Assembly (NCBI GenBank): GCA_963674825.1
Contig: OY771587.1
Span: 1,120,001 to 1,184,000 of the forward strand
Source of the DNA: Candidatus Cloacimonadales bacterium
GTDB lineage: Bacteria; Cloacimonadota; Cloacimonadia; Cloacimonadales; JAIOQZ01
Direction: 5' to 3'
Length of the DNA: 64,000 nt
The position numbers and the translations under genes were made by a program. The notes beneath the pieces were generated by a model that ran no database searches, was not told the DNA's origin, and worked only from the letters and a program-made list of their open reading frames with translations. Position 1 is the first letter of the stretch, and every line of letters begins with the position of its first letter. Positions 38,949 to 49,869 of this stretch are shown one piece after another.

Positions 38949-40154
38949 TCATACTGTGAATACTCTTTCGCCAGCAAATTTCAAGAACAGTCCGATCCCA
39001 AGCGAATTGACCAGGAGGCTCGAACCGCCATAACTTATGAATGGAAGGGGAATCCCGGTAGTCGGGAAAAGCCCCATGTTCATTCCGACATTGATAAAGA
39101 CCTGCATGAACAAATATGCCAGGATGCCATAAGAGGCAATCCGGTATTGCTTTCGTTTGATTCGACCAGCCAATGCTACCATCCGCATCAACATCCACGC
39201 AAACAGCAGGATCAGAACGAAGCACCCCATGAAGCCGAACTCCTCACCGATCACCGAAAAGATGAAGTCGGTTTGCTTCGCGGGTAAAAACTCGAGATTC
39301 TTCTGGGTTCCCATCAGGAATCCCTTTCCTGTGACACCACCGGAGCCGATGGCAATTTTCGCCTGAATGATCTGATATCCCGCCCCCAATGGATCACGCG
39401 TGGGATCGAGAAACGTAAGGATTCTCGATTGCTGATAAGGCTTCAAGCCGTTCCAGATCAGCGGAGTCATCAGGTAGATGAACATGTTCAGTGCGATCGC
39501 AATCCCGATATACGGGAACGAGAACCTCTGCCGGTAAAGCACAAAAAGCAACACGAGCAGAAACACGATAAACACCACGATGTGCACCCTGGTCAAAAGG
39601 GTTATCACCGGGCTGGCGATCAGAAACAGGTAGATCGGCGGAATTCCCGCGGACATCCACACGATGAACAAGGTGAACCAAAACACCAGGGATGTTCCGA
39701 GATCGGGTTCCAGAAGCACGAGTATGGCTGGTATCCCAAAACCGGTCAAAGACCTGAGAAACGTCTTCCATTCGCTCATCCAGGGGCCAGATAGATGCCG
39801 CGCAACAAAAAGAATTGTCGCGAGTTTGGCGATCTCCGACGGCTGGATCTTGAACAAACCAAGAGATATCCAGCGATGCGATCCTCCCGTTGACGGAAGA
39901 AACGGTACGACAATCAACATCAGCAGTGATATCACATATAGAGGATCAACCAGAATGTCGATAAACTGGTTCGGCGTTCGAAGTACAACAACCACCGCAA
40001 TCAATGACGCCGCAATCCAGATTATTTGCCGGATATAGAAGCTTTGAACGTGGACTTCGTCGCCTATGCGTGTGGATGATGCGGAATAAATCGCGAAAAC
40101 GCCGATGATCATCAAGATCAACCAGAGACACAGGAGCTGATAGTCCAATTTCAT
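38949..40154 (-). CDS. rodA: Rod shape-determining protein RodA
   Basis: 'QPSEIAK', 'EPDLGT', 'GYQIIQAKIAIGSGG', 'TDFIFSVIGEEFG', 'GIPLPFISYGGSS'. Confidence 0.96.
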   Translation of the reverse strand: MKLDYQLLCLWLILMIIGVFAIYSASSTRIGDEVHVQSFYIRQIIWIAASLIAVVVVLRTPNQFIDILVDPLYVISLLMLIVVPFLPSTGGSHRWISLGLFKIQPSEIAKLATILFVARHLSGPWMSEWKTFLRSLTGFGIPAILVLLEPDLGTSLVFWFTLFIVWMSAGIPPIYLFLIASPVITLLTRVHIVVFIVFLLVLLFVLYRQRFSFPYIGIAIALNMFIYLMTPLIWNGLKPYQQSRILTFLDPTRDPLGAGYQIIQAKIAIGSGGVTGKGFLMGTQKNLEFLPAKQTDFIFSVIGEEFGFMGCFVLILLFAWMLMRMVALAGRIKRKQYRIASYGILAYLFMQVFINVGMNMGLFPTTGIPLPFISYGGSSLLVNSLGIGLFLKFAGERVFTV

Positions 40155-40284
40155 GCTTTTCTCATTATCACCGTGTTGAAAAAAAGTTGTCAAGTGTAAC
40201 TTCGGATATTTTCATCTCGCTTCGGACTACTACAAAACAGATCACGCCGCCTCCAGTCTTAAAAACGCATGGAAAACCTTGCAG

Positions 40285-42051
40285 TTACTGATGATATTTC
40301 TCATGATACAACCTCACAATCTGCCCGGCAATTGGCGCAGCTACGCTACCACCATGGCCGGCATTCTCCATGAATACCACGATCGCAATCTCTGGCTTGT
40401 CCCATTCAGCCCAGCCTGCATACCAGGCATGAGTAGTCTTTCCCTGGTGATTCTCGGCTGAACCGGTCTTGCCATATATCTCGGCAATTGGATGATTGGC
40501 TGTCTTGCCTGTCCCGGCCGGTGTGTTCACAACCTTGTAAAGCGCTCGCCGGATGATCGACTTAGTATCTGCCGAAAGGGGTATTGTTTTCTCCTCCCAC
40601 GGCTGGCTGAACCGTTCGGCGTTTTCGCCGATCAGTTTCTTGAGGAGATGCGGCTGACGCCAGATTCCATCCGTTGCCAGCGCTGCATAATAGCAGCACA
40701 TTTCAAGAGGCGAGCAGAGGATTTCTCCCTGCCCAATGCTCAGGTTTACTTTCATACCCTTGATGCTGACGTACTTACCGTAATGATCGACGTACCATTG
40801 CTCCGAAGGAAAGAAGCCTGAGCGCTCCTGCCCGATATCGATGCCGGTGCGACCGACAAGATGATTCTGCATTGTGAAGTTTCTTAGGTCATCGAGGTCC
40901 AGTCGATCTGAAAGATCGTAGAAATATACATCGCATGATTGAGCTATTGCATCGACAACATTCAGCTTTCCATGGCCCCACGAGTTCCAGCAACGATAAT
41001 ATCGGTTTCCGACCCAATATCCTCCATCGCAGAATGCCAGCTTTTCATCGGGCTCTATCAGTTCCCGTTCCAGCGCCAGCGATGCAACCAGCGGCTTATA
41101 GACTGATCCGGGAGGATAGGTACCGTGGATAATCCGATCCATCAAAGGTCGTGCCGGGTCATTGACGAGCGCATCCCATTCCTCAGCACTAATGCGTGAC
41201 ATAAAAATGTTCGGATCGTATTCAGGTGTGCTGATATAGCTGAGGATATCGCCGTTATTGACATCCATCACCACTACTGCTGCACGGGCGTCACTCGGAA
41301 GAAGATCCTGGATTGATTTCTGCAGTTCAGAATCAATAGTCAGCACCATTTGCAAACCAGGCTGCGGTTCTTTTTCGAGGTTATGCGTTAAAAAATGGAG
41401 ATTGCGTCCACGAGCATCGACCTGTAGAACCCGATAGCCTGGACTACCGCGCAGAATACTCTCGTAGCTCTTTTCGATGCCATTTTTCCCGACATAATCC
41501 TCCATCGAGTAATCTTGATCCTGAAGCGCTTTGTATTCCTTTTCGCCAATCTTCCCCATATATCCGGTGAAATGATTTTCCATCAGATAGTTACGGGAGT
41601 TTTCGGTCCTGAACGAAAGTGATGGATAGTAGTTGAGATATTCTGAAGTGCTGATGAAATCATCGTATTCTACATCCTTGACCAGCCGTATCTCGTGATA
41701 CGAGCGAAAGCGATTGTTGTAGATGATTTCCAGAACATCTTCGCGTGTGATATCAAACTGGCTTGATACAAATTCTGCCAGTTCTTCCTTGTTTCTGATC
41801 TTGCCAGGAACGAACACCAGGTTGATCGACGGCTTGTTGAGCGCAAGCGGCTGATAGTCTCGATCGAAAATTTCCCCTCTTGTAGCCGGAACTCGAATCA
41901 AGCGGACATAGTTGTTTTCAGCGATTTGAGCGTATGTGTCCCCCTGCAAGATCTGTAGACGTGCCAACATCAGCAGAAGCATTAGGAAACTCAGCACAAT
42001 GCCGAGGTGAAAAATACGGCTCATACTTTTACTATTGGTCGTCTCGGACAT
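40285..42051 (-). CDS. mrdA: Penicillin-binding protein 2
   Basis: SxxK (GSVYK), SCD, KTG motifs, located in the mre cluster. Confidence 0.95.
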   Translation of the reverse strand: MSETTNSKSMSRIFHLGIVLSFLMLLLMLARLQILQGDTYAQIAENNYVRLIRVPATRGEIFDRDYQPLALNKPSINLVFVPGKIRNKEELAEFVSSQFDITREDVLEIIYNNRFRSYHEIRLVKDVEYDDFISTSEYLNYYPSLSFRTENSRNYLMENHFTGYMGKIGEKEYKALQDQDYSMEDYVGKNGIEKSYESILRGSPGYRVLQVDARGRNLHFLTHNLEKEPQPGLQMVLTIDSELQKSIQDLLPSDARAAVVVMDVNNGDILSYISTPEYDPNIFMSRISAEEWDALVNDPARPLMDRIIHGTYPPGSVYKPLVASLALERELIEPDEKLAFCDGGYWVGNRYYRCWNSWGHGKLNVVDAIAQSCDVYFYDLSDRLDLDDLRNFTMQNHLVGRTGIDIGQERSGFFPSEQWYVDHYGKYVSIKGMKVNLSIGQGEILCSPLEMCCYYAALATDGIWRQPHLLKKLIGENAERFSQPWEEKTIPLSADTKSIIRRALYKVVNTPAGTGKTANHPIAEIYGKTGSAENHQGKTTHAWYAGWAEWDKPEIAIVVFMENAGHGGSVAAPIAGQIVRLYHEKYHQ

Positions 42052-42523
42052 GGATACCCAGCCTGTTGAAAAATGCCAGAACAGTAACGATCACAAACGA
42101 GACAATCGTATTATATACAACGCTGAGTGGAAGACGCAGAAGCAGGAAGCCAGTATATTTATACGCTATAAGATGATAGATAGACATAAAGAAGAAATAA
42201 ACGACATTGATCGTGAGGATGCCCAGCGCAACATAAGCAGGCTTCTCCTTATTCAATGACGGATGGTAGAGATTCACAATGGCTGCGATCAGAACAAACG
42301 TCATGCTGCCGAGACCGAGCTGTAATGGGTAAGTAAGGTCATACGCGAGTCCAAATAGAAACGCCAGCAGCACCGAGAAGTTCAGCGAAAGTCGGGTTGA
42401 TGTGTAAATGATATATCCAAGCAGCAGATTCGGTATCACGCCGATGATAGAGAGCGATCCGCCCAGCAGTATCTGGGCGTATAAAAAGAGGATGCCGAGA
42501 AGATAAAATCCAACGATAATCAT
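42032..42523 (-). CDS. mreD: Rod shape-determining protein MreD
   Basis: Hydrophobic 163-aa protein between mreC and mrdA. Confidence 0.85.
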   Translation of the reverse strand: MIIVGFYLLGILFLYAQILLGGSLSIIGVIPNLLLGYIIYTSTRLSLNFSVLLAFLFGLAYDLTYPLQLGLGSMTFVLIAAIVNLYHPSLNKEKPAYVALGILTINVVYFFFMSIYHLIAYKYTGFLLLRLPLSVVYNTIVSFVIVTVLAFFNRLGIHVRDDQ

Positions 42524-43314
42524 GGCGCGTCCTGATTCTCGGCATTGGGAAGTTCGTCAAAATCGGTCTCGCGCTGATAGAGCAGCACGATGACCTGTTC
42601 CATGCCGGCAAATTTAGCGAATGGCTGTAATTCTGCCTTCTGATAGCTTTCACCGGGAATCTTGACCACTTTGGAGATGACACCAACCGGGAAACCGCGT
42701 GGAAACACGCGTGAAAGGTTCGACGTGATAATTGTGTCTCCTACCGCAATGGTTGCATCCAGCGGGATCATCGACATGCTCACCTTTCCACCTGCATCCG
42801 ACTCCAGGAGGCCCTGATCTCGGCTTCTGCGATCTAAAACACCCAGCTTGAATTCGGGATGGTTGAGCGGAAGGATAATGCTGTGATTCGCTGCAGCTAC
42901 AATGACCTTCCCCACAACGCCGTTACTGCTGATCACTGGATTATTGACTTCAATTCCGGCAGTGTAGCCCTGATCGATAATCAAATTGCGATTACCGAAA
43001 TCACCATGGTAGCCTACGAGATTGGCAACGGTGTAGCGGATATTTGTAGCCGCATCGGGGATTTGCTGGAGCTTGAGAAGCTGCTCTTCCAGGGAACGCT
43101 GCCGAACCTGAAGCTCCGCGTTGCGATTGTAGAGCATCTCGTTTTGCCTTTTAAGCTCGAAAATCTGATCGATGGATTTGATCGAGTGCATGAAGGGGTA
43201 GTAAATAGTCTTTCCGATGAAATCGGCACGCTCGAGCCTGCCTCGGCGGTCTCCCAGAAAAAGGACGATCGACACCAGCAGCAAGATAACTGTTAGCGCG
43301 TATTTTCTGAACAC
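42520..43314 (-). CDS. mreC: Rod shape-determining protein MreC
   Basis: TM + coiled coil, 'GVVGKV', 'GDTIITSNLSRVFPRGFPVG'. Confidence 0.93.
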   Translation of the reverse strand: MFRKYALTVILLLVSIVLFLGDRRGRLERADFIGKTIYYPFMHSIKSIDQIFELKRQNEMLYNRNAELQVRQRSLEEQLLKLQQIPDAATNIRYTVANLVGYHGDFGNRNLIIDQGYTAGIEVNNPVISSNGVVGKVIVAAANHSIILPLNHPEFKLGVLDRRSRDQGLLESDAGGKVSMSMIPLDATIAVGDTIITSNLSRVFPRGFPVGVISKVVKIPGESYQKAELQPFAKFAGMEQVIVLLYQRETDFDELPNAENQDAP

Positions 43315-43337
43315 GATGTCACCTTGCCCGGCGATGA

Positions 43338-44375
43338 TCAGTCATCGATTTTCTTAATGAGAACCTCGCGGAATTTGTCGAGATTGTCCAGAATCTTGCC
43401 GCTACCTTTCACCACGCAGGTCAACGCTTCCGGGAAAACATGTACTGGCAGATTCACCGTGTCGCTGATACGCTTATCCAGGCCCTTGAGTCTGGCACCA
43501 CCACCGGTTAAGACAATACCGCGTTCGGCGATATCGGCTGCCAGTTCGGGTGCTGTCTTTTCGAACAGCCTCTTGACCGCATCAATCATCGAATCGACGG
43601 TCTCGGCGATCGCGTCGCGAATCTCTTCCGAAGTGATCTCGACTGTAATTGGGTAGCCAGTGATGATGTCCCGTCCACGGACTTCCATCTTTAGTTCGTC
43701 CTTGAGCGGTACTGCGGAACCGATTTCCATCTTGATGCGTTCGGCTGTCTGGATACCGACAAAAATATTGCTCTTCTTACGAAGGTAATTGACGATGTCT
43801 GTGTCCATCTTGTCGCCACCCAGACGGATGGAGCTATGAACCACGATATGTGAAAGCGAGATAACGGCGATCTCGGTAGTACCGCCACCAATATCCATAA
43901 CCAGGTTACCAAAGGGGCGATGGATAGGTAGATCAGCGCCGATTGCCGCTGCGATGGGCTCGGAGACCAGATGCACTTCACGTGCACCGGCATGCAGTGC
44001 GCTGTCGCGAACCGCGCGTTTCTCCACTTCGGTGATGCCAGAAGGAACACAGACAATCACTCTGGGTTTGATCAAAAGACGCTTGCGCTGAGCGCGCAGA
44101 ATCAAATCCCGAAGCATGATTTCGGTGATATGGAAATCAGCGATAACGCCATCTTTAAGCGGCTTGATGACTTTAACTTCATCCGGGTTCTTGCCCAGCA
44201 TCTCTTTGGCCTTAGCGCCAACTTCTATCACCTTCTTGGTATCGGTTGAAAGCGCTACGACGGAAGGTTCGTTAATGACGATTCCCGCACCTTTGCGGTA
44301 AACGAGTGTATTGGCAGTACCAAGGTCTATTGCTATATCGTTGGACAGAAGCCCAAAAAACTGATTCCAGAACAT
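43338..44375 (-). CDS. mreB: Actin-like protein MreB
   Basis: 'IDLGTANT', 'EPSVVA', 'DIGGGTTEIAVIS', 'LTGGGA'. Confidence 0.97.
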   Translation of the reverse strand: MFWNQFFGLLSNDIAIDLGTANTLVYRKGAGIVINEPSVVALSTDTKKVIEVGAKAKEMLGKNPDEVKVIKPLKDGVIADFHITEIMLRDLILRAQRKRLLIKPRVIVCVPSGITEVEKRAVRDSALHAGAREVHLVSEPIAAAIGADLPIHRPFGNLVMDIGGGTTEIAVISLSHIVVHSSIRLGGDKMDTDIVNYLRKKSNIFVGIQTAERIKMEIGSAVPLKDELKMEVRGRDIITGYPITVEITSEEIRDAIAETVDSMIDAVKRLFEKTAPELAADIAERGIVLTGGGARLKGLDKRISDTVNLPVHVFPEALTCVVKGSGKILDNLDKFREVLIKKIDD

Positions 44376-44595
44376 CTTACCTCCGGGGCTCATAATACGA
44401 TTTTCCGAAAGAATCATCGACAGGAATCGGAAAATCGTTCACAGAAAGGAACATCCGCGCATTGCATGAAGGCTTGTATCCTTAATAAGCGGATATTACA
44501 TCATACATTTTATCAAAAAAGCAATGTATTTAAAACCGTCAAGGAAAAACATAAGAAACCCGTCCGAGAGCTTAACGTCATCATAAACGAAGCAT

Positions 44596-44627
44596 AAAAA
44601 AGCCTGCAAATCATCGACTTGCAGGCT
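44596..44627 (-). terminator. Rho-independent terminator
   Basis: AGCCTGCAA...TTGCAGGCT stem plus a T run on the minus strand. Confidence 0.7.
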
Positions 44628-44646
44628 GAAAAGCGATTCGAAACGC

Positions 44647-45195
44647 TTAGTCTTTATTCACTTCCTCTTCCAGCTCTTTGAAGGCTTGGGAAGCTTTGAA
44701 CTGATTGTAGAGCGCTTCTTCGTTGCGGATATTATCCACGACGTTTTTGTTGATGGTCTCTTTCGGGATTGCCACGCGGACGAAAGTCTTGAACTTACCA
44801 TCTTCGAGCACGATCGTTTCGCGTTCGGTTACCAGTGCGTTGGAGAATTTCGCTTCCGAAACGACTTTCACCACTTTGCTGGTAAGAGCCAGAACCTGCG
44901 GGTCTGTGACACCGGATTCCTCTTCGTAGTTCTTGACCATACCCTTTACATAGCTCTCGACATACTGCGCAGCCTGAAGCATCGCATCCGAATGAGCTGC
45001 CTGATAGGACATGCTTTCCGATACTTTGGTAGCGAAACCGAATGCATTTACATGATCCGGGCTATCCTGGACATCCCACCATGAAGGATAATACACTTTT
45101 TTGACGCCTTTCGGGGCTTCAGGTCCTCCGCCGCCGCAGGCAGTAAACAGACTCACGATCAACACAAGTGCGATGATTATTGCTGTAGTTCTCAT
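44647..45195 (-). CDS. Lipoprotein (LPP20-like)
   Basis: FTAC lipobox, 'PSWW' motif, AAGGAGG RBS. Confidence 0.7.
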   Translation of the reverse strand: MRTTAIIIALVLIVSLFTACGGGGPEAPKGVKKVYYPSWWDVQDSPDHVNAFGFATKVSESMSYQAAHSDAMLQAAQYVESYVKGMVKNYEEESGVTDPQVLALTSKVVKVVSEAKFSNALVTERETIVLEDGKFKTFVRVAIPKETINKNVVDNIRNEEALYNQFKASQAFKELEEEVNKD

Positions 45196-45343
45196 TTGTC
45201 CTCCTTTTTCGTGATAATATCTAATCTCATTTTGCTCGAAGATTTTCACCATGTCAAGAAAATACATCAGATTCAGTCCGTCAGATCAAGGTAAAGCTGA
45301 GAAAATCCGACAACCCGTGAAAAATCGCTTTCTCTTTGTCGCG

Positions 45344-46060
45344 TCATTCCTTACGGTCGCCCAGAAATTCCTTCACCTCACCGCCTGGGATCTTTTTCAC
45401 TTCGCCACCGTCGTTCATATCACGGACCTTCGTCGGTATGATCTCACCGGAATCGGTATAGCCTCTCTGCTCCCAGAATCCAGGAACATAGTAGCTCATC
45501 AGCTCGATTTTCACAACGCTTTTCGCAGACTTATAACCCCACAGATAGGGACAGAATATCCTCACCGGACCACCATAGTCTTCATCCAGCAACTCGCCGT
45601 CGAATTCCCATGCCAGTAACGTACGTTCCTGCATCGCGATGTCCATGGGAATGCTGGTGTCGTACTCGAGCCCATGTGACCAGAATCGAACGTAGGTCAC
45701 GCTGGAATCAGGCTTCACCAGATCGAAGATATCCGATAGCTTGACACCACCCCAGATTCCTCGGACTGACCACCGCGTTACGCTGGTCAGGCGTGCATCC
45801 GCGAGAGTCTTGGGCATATCCATCAAATTACGCCATGTGAATGTCATGGGATTTTCGCAAAGGCCTGTGACTTCGATCTCCCATGCCTCGCGGTCAAGCG
45901 AACCAGGGTGTCCCTCTGCCCAGAAAATCGGTGTCTTCAACTCATGCAGCTTTGTCATTTTTGTATCCTTCTTCGGCTTCTCCGCGGAACTGCATGTGGA
46001 AATCATAAGCAGAAGGCACGCGAAAAGAAGCACATACTGGATTTTAATCGTCATTGCCAT
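45344..46060 (-). CDS. Molybdopterin-dependent oxidoreductase fold (sulfite oxidase/MsrP family); start uncertain
   Basis: 'WEIEVTGLCENP', 'WGGVKL', 'GGPVR...WGYKSAK', 'GFWEQRGY'. Confidence 0.82.
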   Translation of the reverse strand: MAMTIKIQYVLLFACLLLMISTCSSAEKPKKDTKMTKLHELKTPIFWAEGHPGSLDREAWEIEVTGLCENPMTFTWRNLMDMPKTLADARLTSVTRWSVRGIWGGVKLSDIFDLVKPDSSVTYVRFWSHGLEYDTSIPMDIAMQERTLLAWEFDGELLDEDYGGPVRIFCPYLWGYKSAKSVVKIELMSYYVPGFWEQRGYTDSGEIIPTKVRDMNDGGEVKKIPGGEVKEFLGDRKE

Positions 46061-46226
46061 ATCCTTTTCCGAATATACAACGTTTATGTCGAATCTACAT
46101 TTCATTATCAAGCCGTAAAGATTTTTCTTCAACAAATATCTCTGACGAAAGCAGACCACGATCTCACCCGCTTTTTAGTTGACGATTTTTCAACGAATCG
46201 AAATCTACAGTCCCGGAGGCTTCGAT

Positions 46227-47573
46227 ATGAAAAAGGCAATCCTGATCGGTATTTTTATCGCACTGTCGTTCGCAATTGCAGCGTATATCCAGTTCCAGCA
46301 CAATCTACGCAGCCACAGACCACCCAGAAATGTCATCCTGATGATAGCCGATGGCGCTGGGTTCAATCATTTCCGAACGCAGGCGTATTACGCGGAAGGT
46401 ACCGAACTGCCAGCCGTCTTGGAAGCAATGCCCGTCAAGCTTGCCGTAAGCACCTATCCTGAAGGCAGCGAATACGATCCCCAGAAAGCCTGGGCTGATT
46501 CGGTATGGATCAGGGATCGATACACCGATTCAGCAGCGGCAGCGACAGCAATGTCCACAGGAGTTAAAACAAGCAAAGGCGTTCTTGGCATGACATCGGC
46601 AAAGGAGCCTCTCCGAAACGTCACATCGGTTGCCAAAGAAGCAGGCAAGGGCGCTGGCGTTGTGACGACCGTAATGTTTGCCCATGCAACTCCCGCAGGA
46701 TTTGTCGCACATCAACCTTCGCGTAATATGTTCCGGGAAATAGCGCGAGAGATGATCGCCAGCGATGTGGATGTGATCATCGGTTGCGGTTACCCAACGA
46801 CCGGAAAATGCAAGTATGTTGGTGACGATGAAGTCTGGAAATCGCTCCAACGGGGCGATGTGGAATTCGATTACAATGCAGATGGAACCGTTGACTTCAC
46901 CGCCGGCGATTGCGACAGTGACGGAAAACCAGATGCCTGGAAGCTTATCAGCACACCGGAAGAATTTGCGGCCATCGATCCCTCGGATCGCGTCCTGGGC
47001 ATTCCCATGTGCTATCACACCTTGCAGCAGGAGCGTCCTGGAGATGCAATGGCGGCACCTTACCAAGTCGCCATGCAGGATAGCCTGCCTGACCTATCGC
47101 TCCTATCCACAGCCGCTCTGACCGCGCTGTCTGATGATCCTGATGGATTCTTTCTAATGATCGAAGGAGGAGCCGTCGATTGGGCCGCTCACGATAACCA
47201 GGTTGGGAGGATGATCGAAGAGCAGACCGAATTCATCCACGCGGTAGAGACAGTCGTATCCTGGATTGAATCACATGGCGGCTGGGATGAGAATCTTCTG
47301 ATCGTCACTGCGGACCATGAGACCGGTTATCTTTCGTCGAACGAAAGCCTCGACGACATGAAGCTGGGACTCCCCGTGAAGCCGTCCGCAAAAGGAGTCG
47401 TACCCAATGTGATCTGGCGAAGCGGTAGTCATACCAATTCTCTCGTTCCGCTCTTTTCGGCGGGAAAAGGTTCCGAGCTTCTCACGCAGACAATTGACGG
47501 CACAGATCCGGTTTTTGGAGATTACATCGACAACACCGATATAGGGCAATTACTTATCGAACTCTCGCGCTGA
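46227..47573 (+). CDS. Alkaline phosphatase
   Basis: 'NVILMIADG', 'TDSAAAATA', 'HATPA', 'MIEGGAVDWAAH', 'TADHETG', 'HTN'. Confidence 0.93.
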   Translation: MKKAILIGIFIALSFAIAAYIQFQHNLRSHRPPRNVILMIADGAGFNHFRTQAYYAEGTELPAVLEAMPVKLAVSTYPEGSEYDPQKAWADSVWIRDRYTDSAAAATAMSTGVKTSKGVLGMTSAKEPLRNVTSVAKEAGKGAGVVTTVMFAHATPAGFVAHQPSRNMFREIAREMIASDVDVIIGCGYPTTGKCKYVGDDEVWKSLQRGDVEFDYNADGTVDFTAGDCDSDGKPDAWKLISTPEEFAAIDPSDRVLGIPMCYHTLQQERPGDAMAAPYQVAMQDSLPDLSLLSTAALTALSDDPDGFFLMIEGGAVDWAAHDNQVGRMIEEQTEFIHAVETVVSWIESHGGWDENLLIVTADHETGYLSSNESLDDMKLGLPVKPSAKGVVPNVIWRSGSHTNSLVPLFSAGKGSELLTQTIDGTDPVFGDYIDNTDIGQLLIELSR

Positions 47574-47734
47574 TTTTGGAGCATTAAATCACCATCATTT
47601 TACATGAATTTTACAGAATTCAGCATTTTTCATTTGACATGAATTGCATTTTCGTGTTTCTTATCTATACCAGCTCCAGATAGTTCTTGTTCACGGTCCC
47701 GGATATGTCTTTCTGTTAGAAAACAGGAGGATTT

Positions 47735-49867
47735 ATGAAACGCTTTTTGGGTATTGCTGTGCTTCTTTTCTTATTTTGCAGTATGTTGATCGCAGACGCG
47801 ATGCAGGCTGGACCATTGAAAGAAGCGCAATTTGACGAAGGAACACCACGAACTGCTCCGAAAACACGCGAAGTACCGGTATGGTCCTTCATTACTTATC
47901 CGACCACTGTTCAATCATCTTACTTCGATTACATGCCAGGCAGCTACAACGCCACCCCGATGCATGTTCAGGATAATGGCGGTGTATATCTGGCTTTCCA
48001 CGGTAAGGAAACCGCAGCAGCCGAACGCCGTTCGTACCTGACCTATATCAATCCGGATGGAACCATCAATGCCACAAACTACATCGGCCAATCGGAATTA
48101 TATGAAGGCTACGTAGGGCTTGATCTCGATCCCGAGACCCAGGATCCGCTGTATGCATGGCATATCGAATCTGGTGTCGGCGATATCTACAACGTTGTGT
48201 TCGGTATGGATGTATGGCACCTGTTGAGCTCACCCGGCCTGCTCAGCACACCCCAGACCATCATCGCAAACAGCGATTGGGATTCAATGCCGATCGAACC
48301 TCCATTCGATGATGACGAATTCCTGTGGCCCTACACGTATGTAAGCAAGGCACCGTCTTACGAAGTTGACGGAAAGCGCCGCCTCTACATTCTGGCAAAC
48401 AATCACACAGCGCATTCTGATGGTGACTATCCCTCGGAAAACGTCATGATCGCTTATTGCGATTTCTCGACTTCCGACATCGAAACTGGAAACTTCCCGA
48501 ACCTCGAATGGACCTACATCACCATCCCACTGATGGACGAATGGAACGCAGATCCTGACTGGATCCGCCCCTTCTTCTCATCCGCATGCACATGGGATGG
48601 TAAGTTCGCAATCTTCGGAAACCTTACCGGTGGCGAAGATTATTTCTTGGAAGACGACCCTGATTTCTTTGTCCTGCTGAACGATAACTTCTGTGAAGGT
48701 GACTGGGAATTCCATGCCGTCAACTCAGAATATTATCAGGTCACTCCCCAGAATCAGGACGGTACGTACTGGCCCAACGAAGACATCATGGACAGCTTCT
48801 TCTCCTTCACATATGCCGGTCACATGACCGCCGTATGGGACAATGAAGGCCGCATCCACTTCCAGGCACCGTATTCACTGCAAGGTTGGATTGGCGACGA
48901 GCTGAAGTACTGGCCGGATTACTGCCAGATGCGTAACTTCATCTACGATACCAACACTGAAGAATTCCACAACTACGATCTCTACCCGCAGAGCGCGAAT
49001 CCTACGGACGAGATACCTTTCTTGCCGTGGGACGTCAACGAAGACGGAGAAGTGGATGAGTACTACGAAGAATCGGGCGGTGTCAATGCCGTTCGCTACT
49101 ACCCGGTATTCTACTATGATACCGATCAGGCTTTCCACGAAAACAACTACAAGGTCGCTTACAACGAGGATAATAACTGGATGGCAGCGATCTGGTCGGA
49201 TGGAACCAAGGAATACCTGTATAATCAGTACGCATTTGACGAATACGCCGACTGGGCATCCACGCCTGAAGTCATGATCGCGATTTCCGGCGACAACGGT
49301 AACACTTGGTCCGAACCCATCGTGATGAACGCCAACCCGACCGATCCCGACGGTAACTACGTCGAAGAGCTCGATGGCCAGATTCCGTGCTATCTCTATC
49401 TTGGCGACAAGATCGAAGATCTTGGCGACGGCCACGGTAAACTGCACATCATGTACTTCAATGACAACAGCTTCGGTTCCTACGCACAGAACAACATCGG
49501 CGACAACAACGGTGGCGCTGTCACCTACATGGCGATCGATGTAGATTTCAACCCGTGGGAAACCGACGACGAAGCCCCGTCTGTAAGCCAGGCGATCAGC
49601 CTCAACCAGAACTTCCCGAACCCCTTCAACCCGGAAACAACCATCGGCTTCAGCGTTCCCAGTGATATGAACGCAGAACTCGCGGTTTACAACGTCCGCG
49701 GTCAGAAGATCAAGACCCTCTTCGACGGAAGAGCGCAAAAGGGTAACAACTCGGTCACTTGGAACGGTACAGACGAATCAGGAAAGAACGTCTCCAGCGG
49801 CGTTTACTTCTATCGCCTCAATGCCGACAGCAAGGTCATGACCCAGAAAATGGTGCTGATGAAATAA
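47735..49867 (+). CDS. Large acidic secreted protein with C-terminal FlgD-Ig/T9SS-type domain
   Basis: Signal peptide and 'QNFPNPFNPETTI...SSGVYFYRL...KMVLMK'. Confidence 0.85.
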   Translation: MKRFLGIAVLLFLFCSMLIADAMQAGPLKEAQFDEGTPRTAPKTREVPVWSFITYPTTVQSSYFDYMPGSYNATPMHVQDNGGVYLAFHGKETAAAERRSYLTYINPDGTINATNYIGQSELYEGYVGLDLDPETQDPLYAWHIESGVGDIYNVVFGMDVWHLLSSPGLLSTPQTIIANSDWDSMPIEPPFDDDEFLWPYTYVSKAPSYEVDGKRRLYILANNHTAHSDGDYPSENVMIAYCDFSTSDIETGNFPNLEWTYITIPLMDEWNADPDWIRPFFSSACTWDGKFAIFGNLTGGEDYFLEDDPDFFVLLNDNFCEGDWEFHAVNSEYYQVTPQNQDGTYWPNEDIMDSFFSFTYAGHMTAVWDNEGRIHFQAPYSLQGWIGDELKYWPDYCQMRNFIYDTNTEEFHNYDLYPQSANPTDEIPFLPWDVNEDGEVDEYYEESGGVNAVRYYPVFYYDTDQAFHENNYKVAYNEDNNWMAAIWSDGTKEYLYNQYAFDEYADWASTPEVMIAISGDNGNTWSEPIVMNANPTDPDGNYVEELDGQIPCYLYLGDKIEDLGDGHGKLHIMYFNDNSFGSYAQNNIGDNNGGAVTYMAIDVDFNPWETDDEAPSVSQAISLNQNFPNPFNPETTIGFSVPSDMNAELAVYNVRGQKIKTLFDGRAQKGNNSVTWNGTDESGKNVSSGVYFYRLNADSKVMTQKMVLMK

Positions 49868-49869
49868 TA

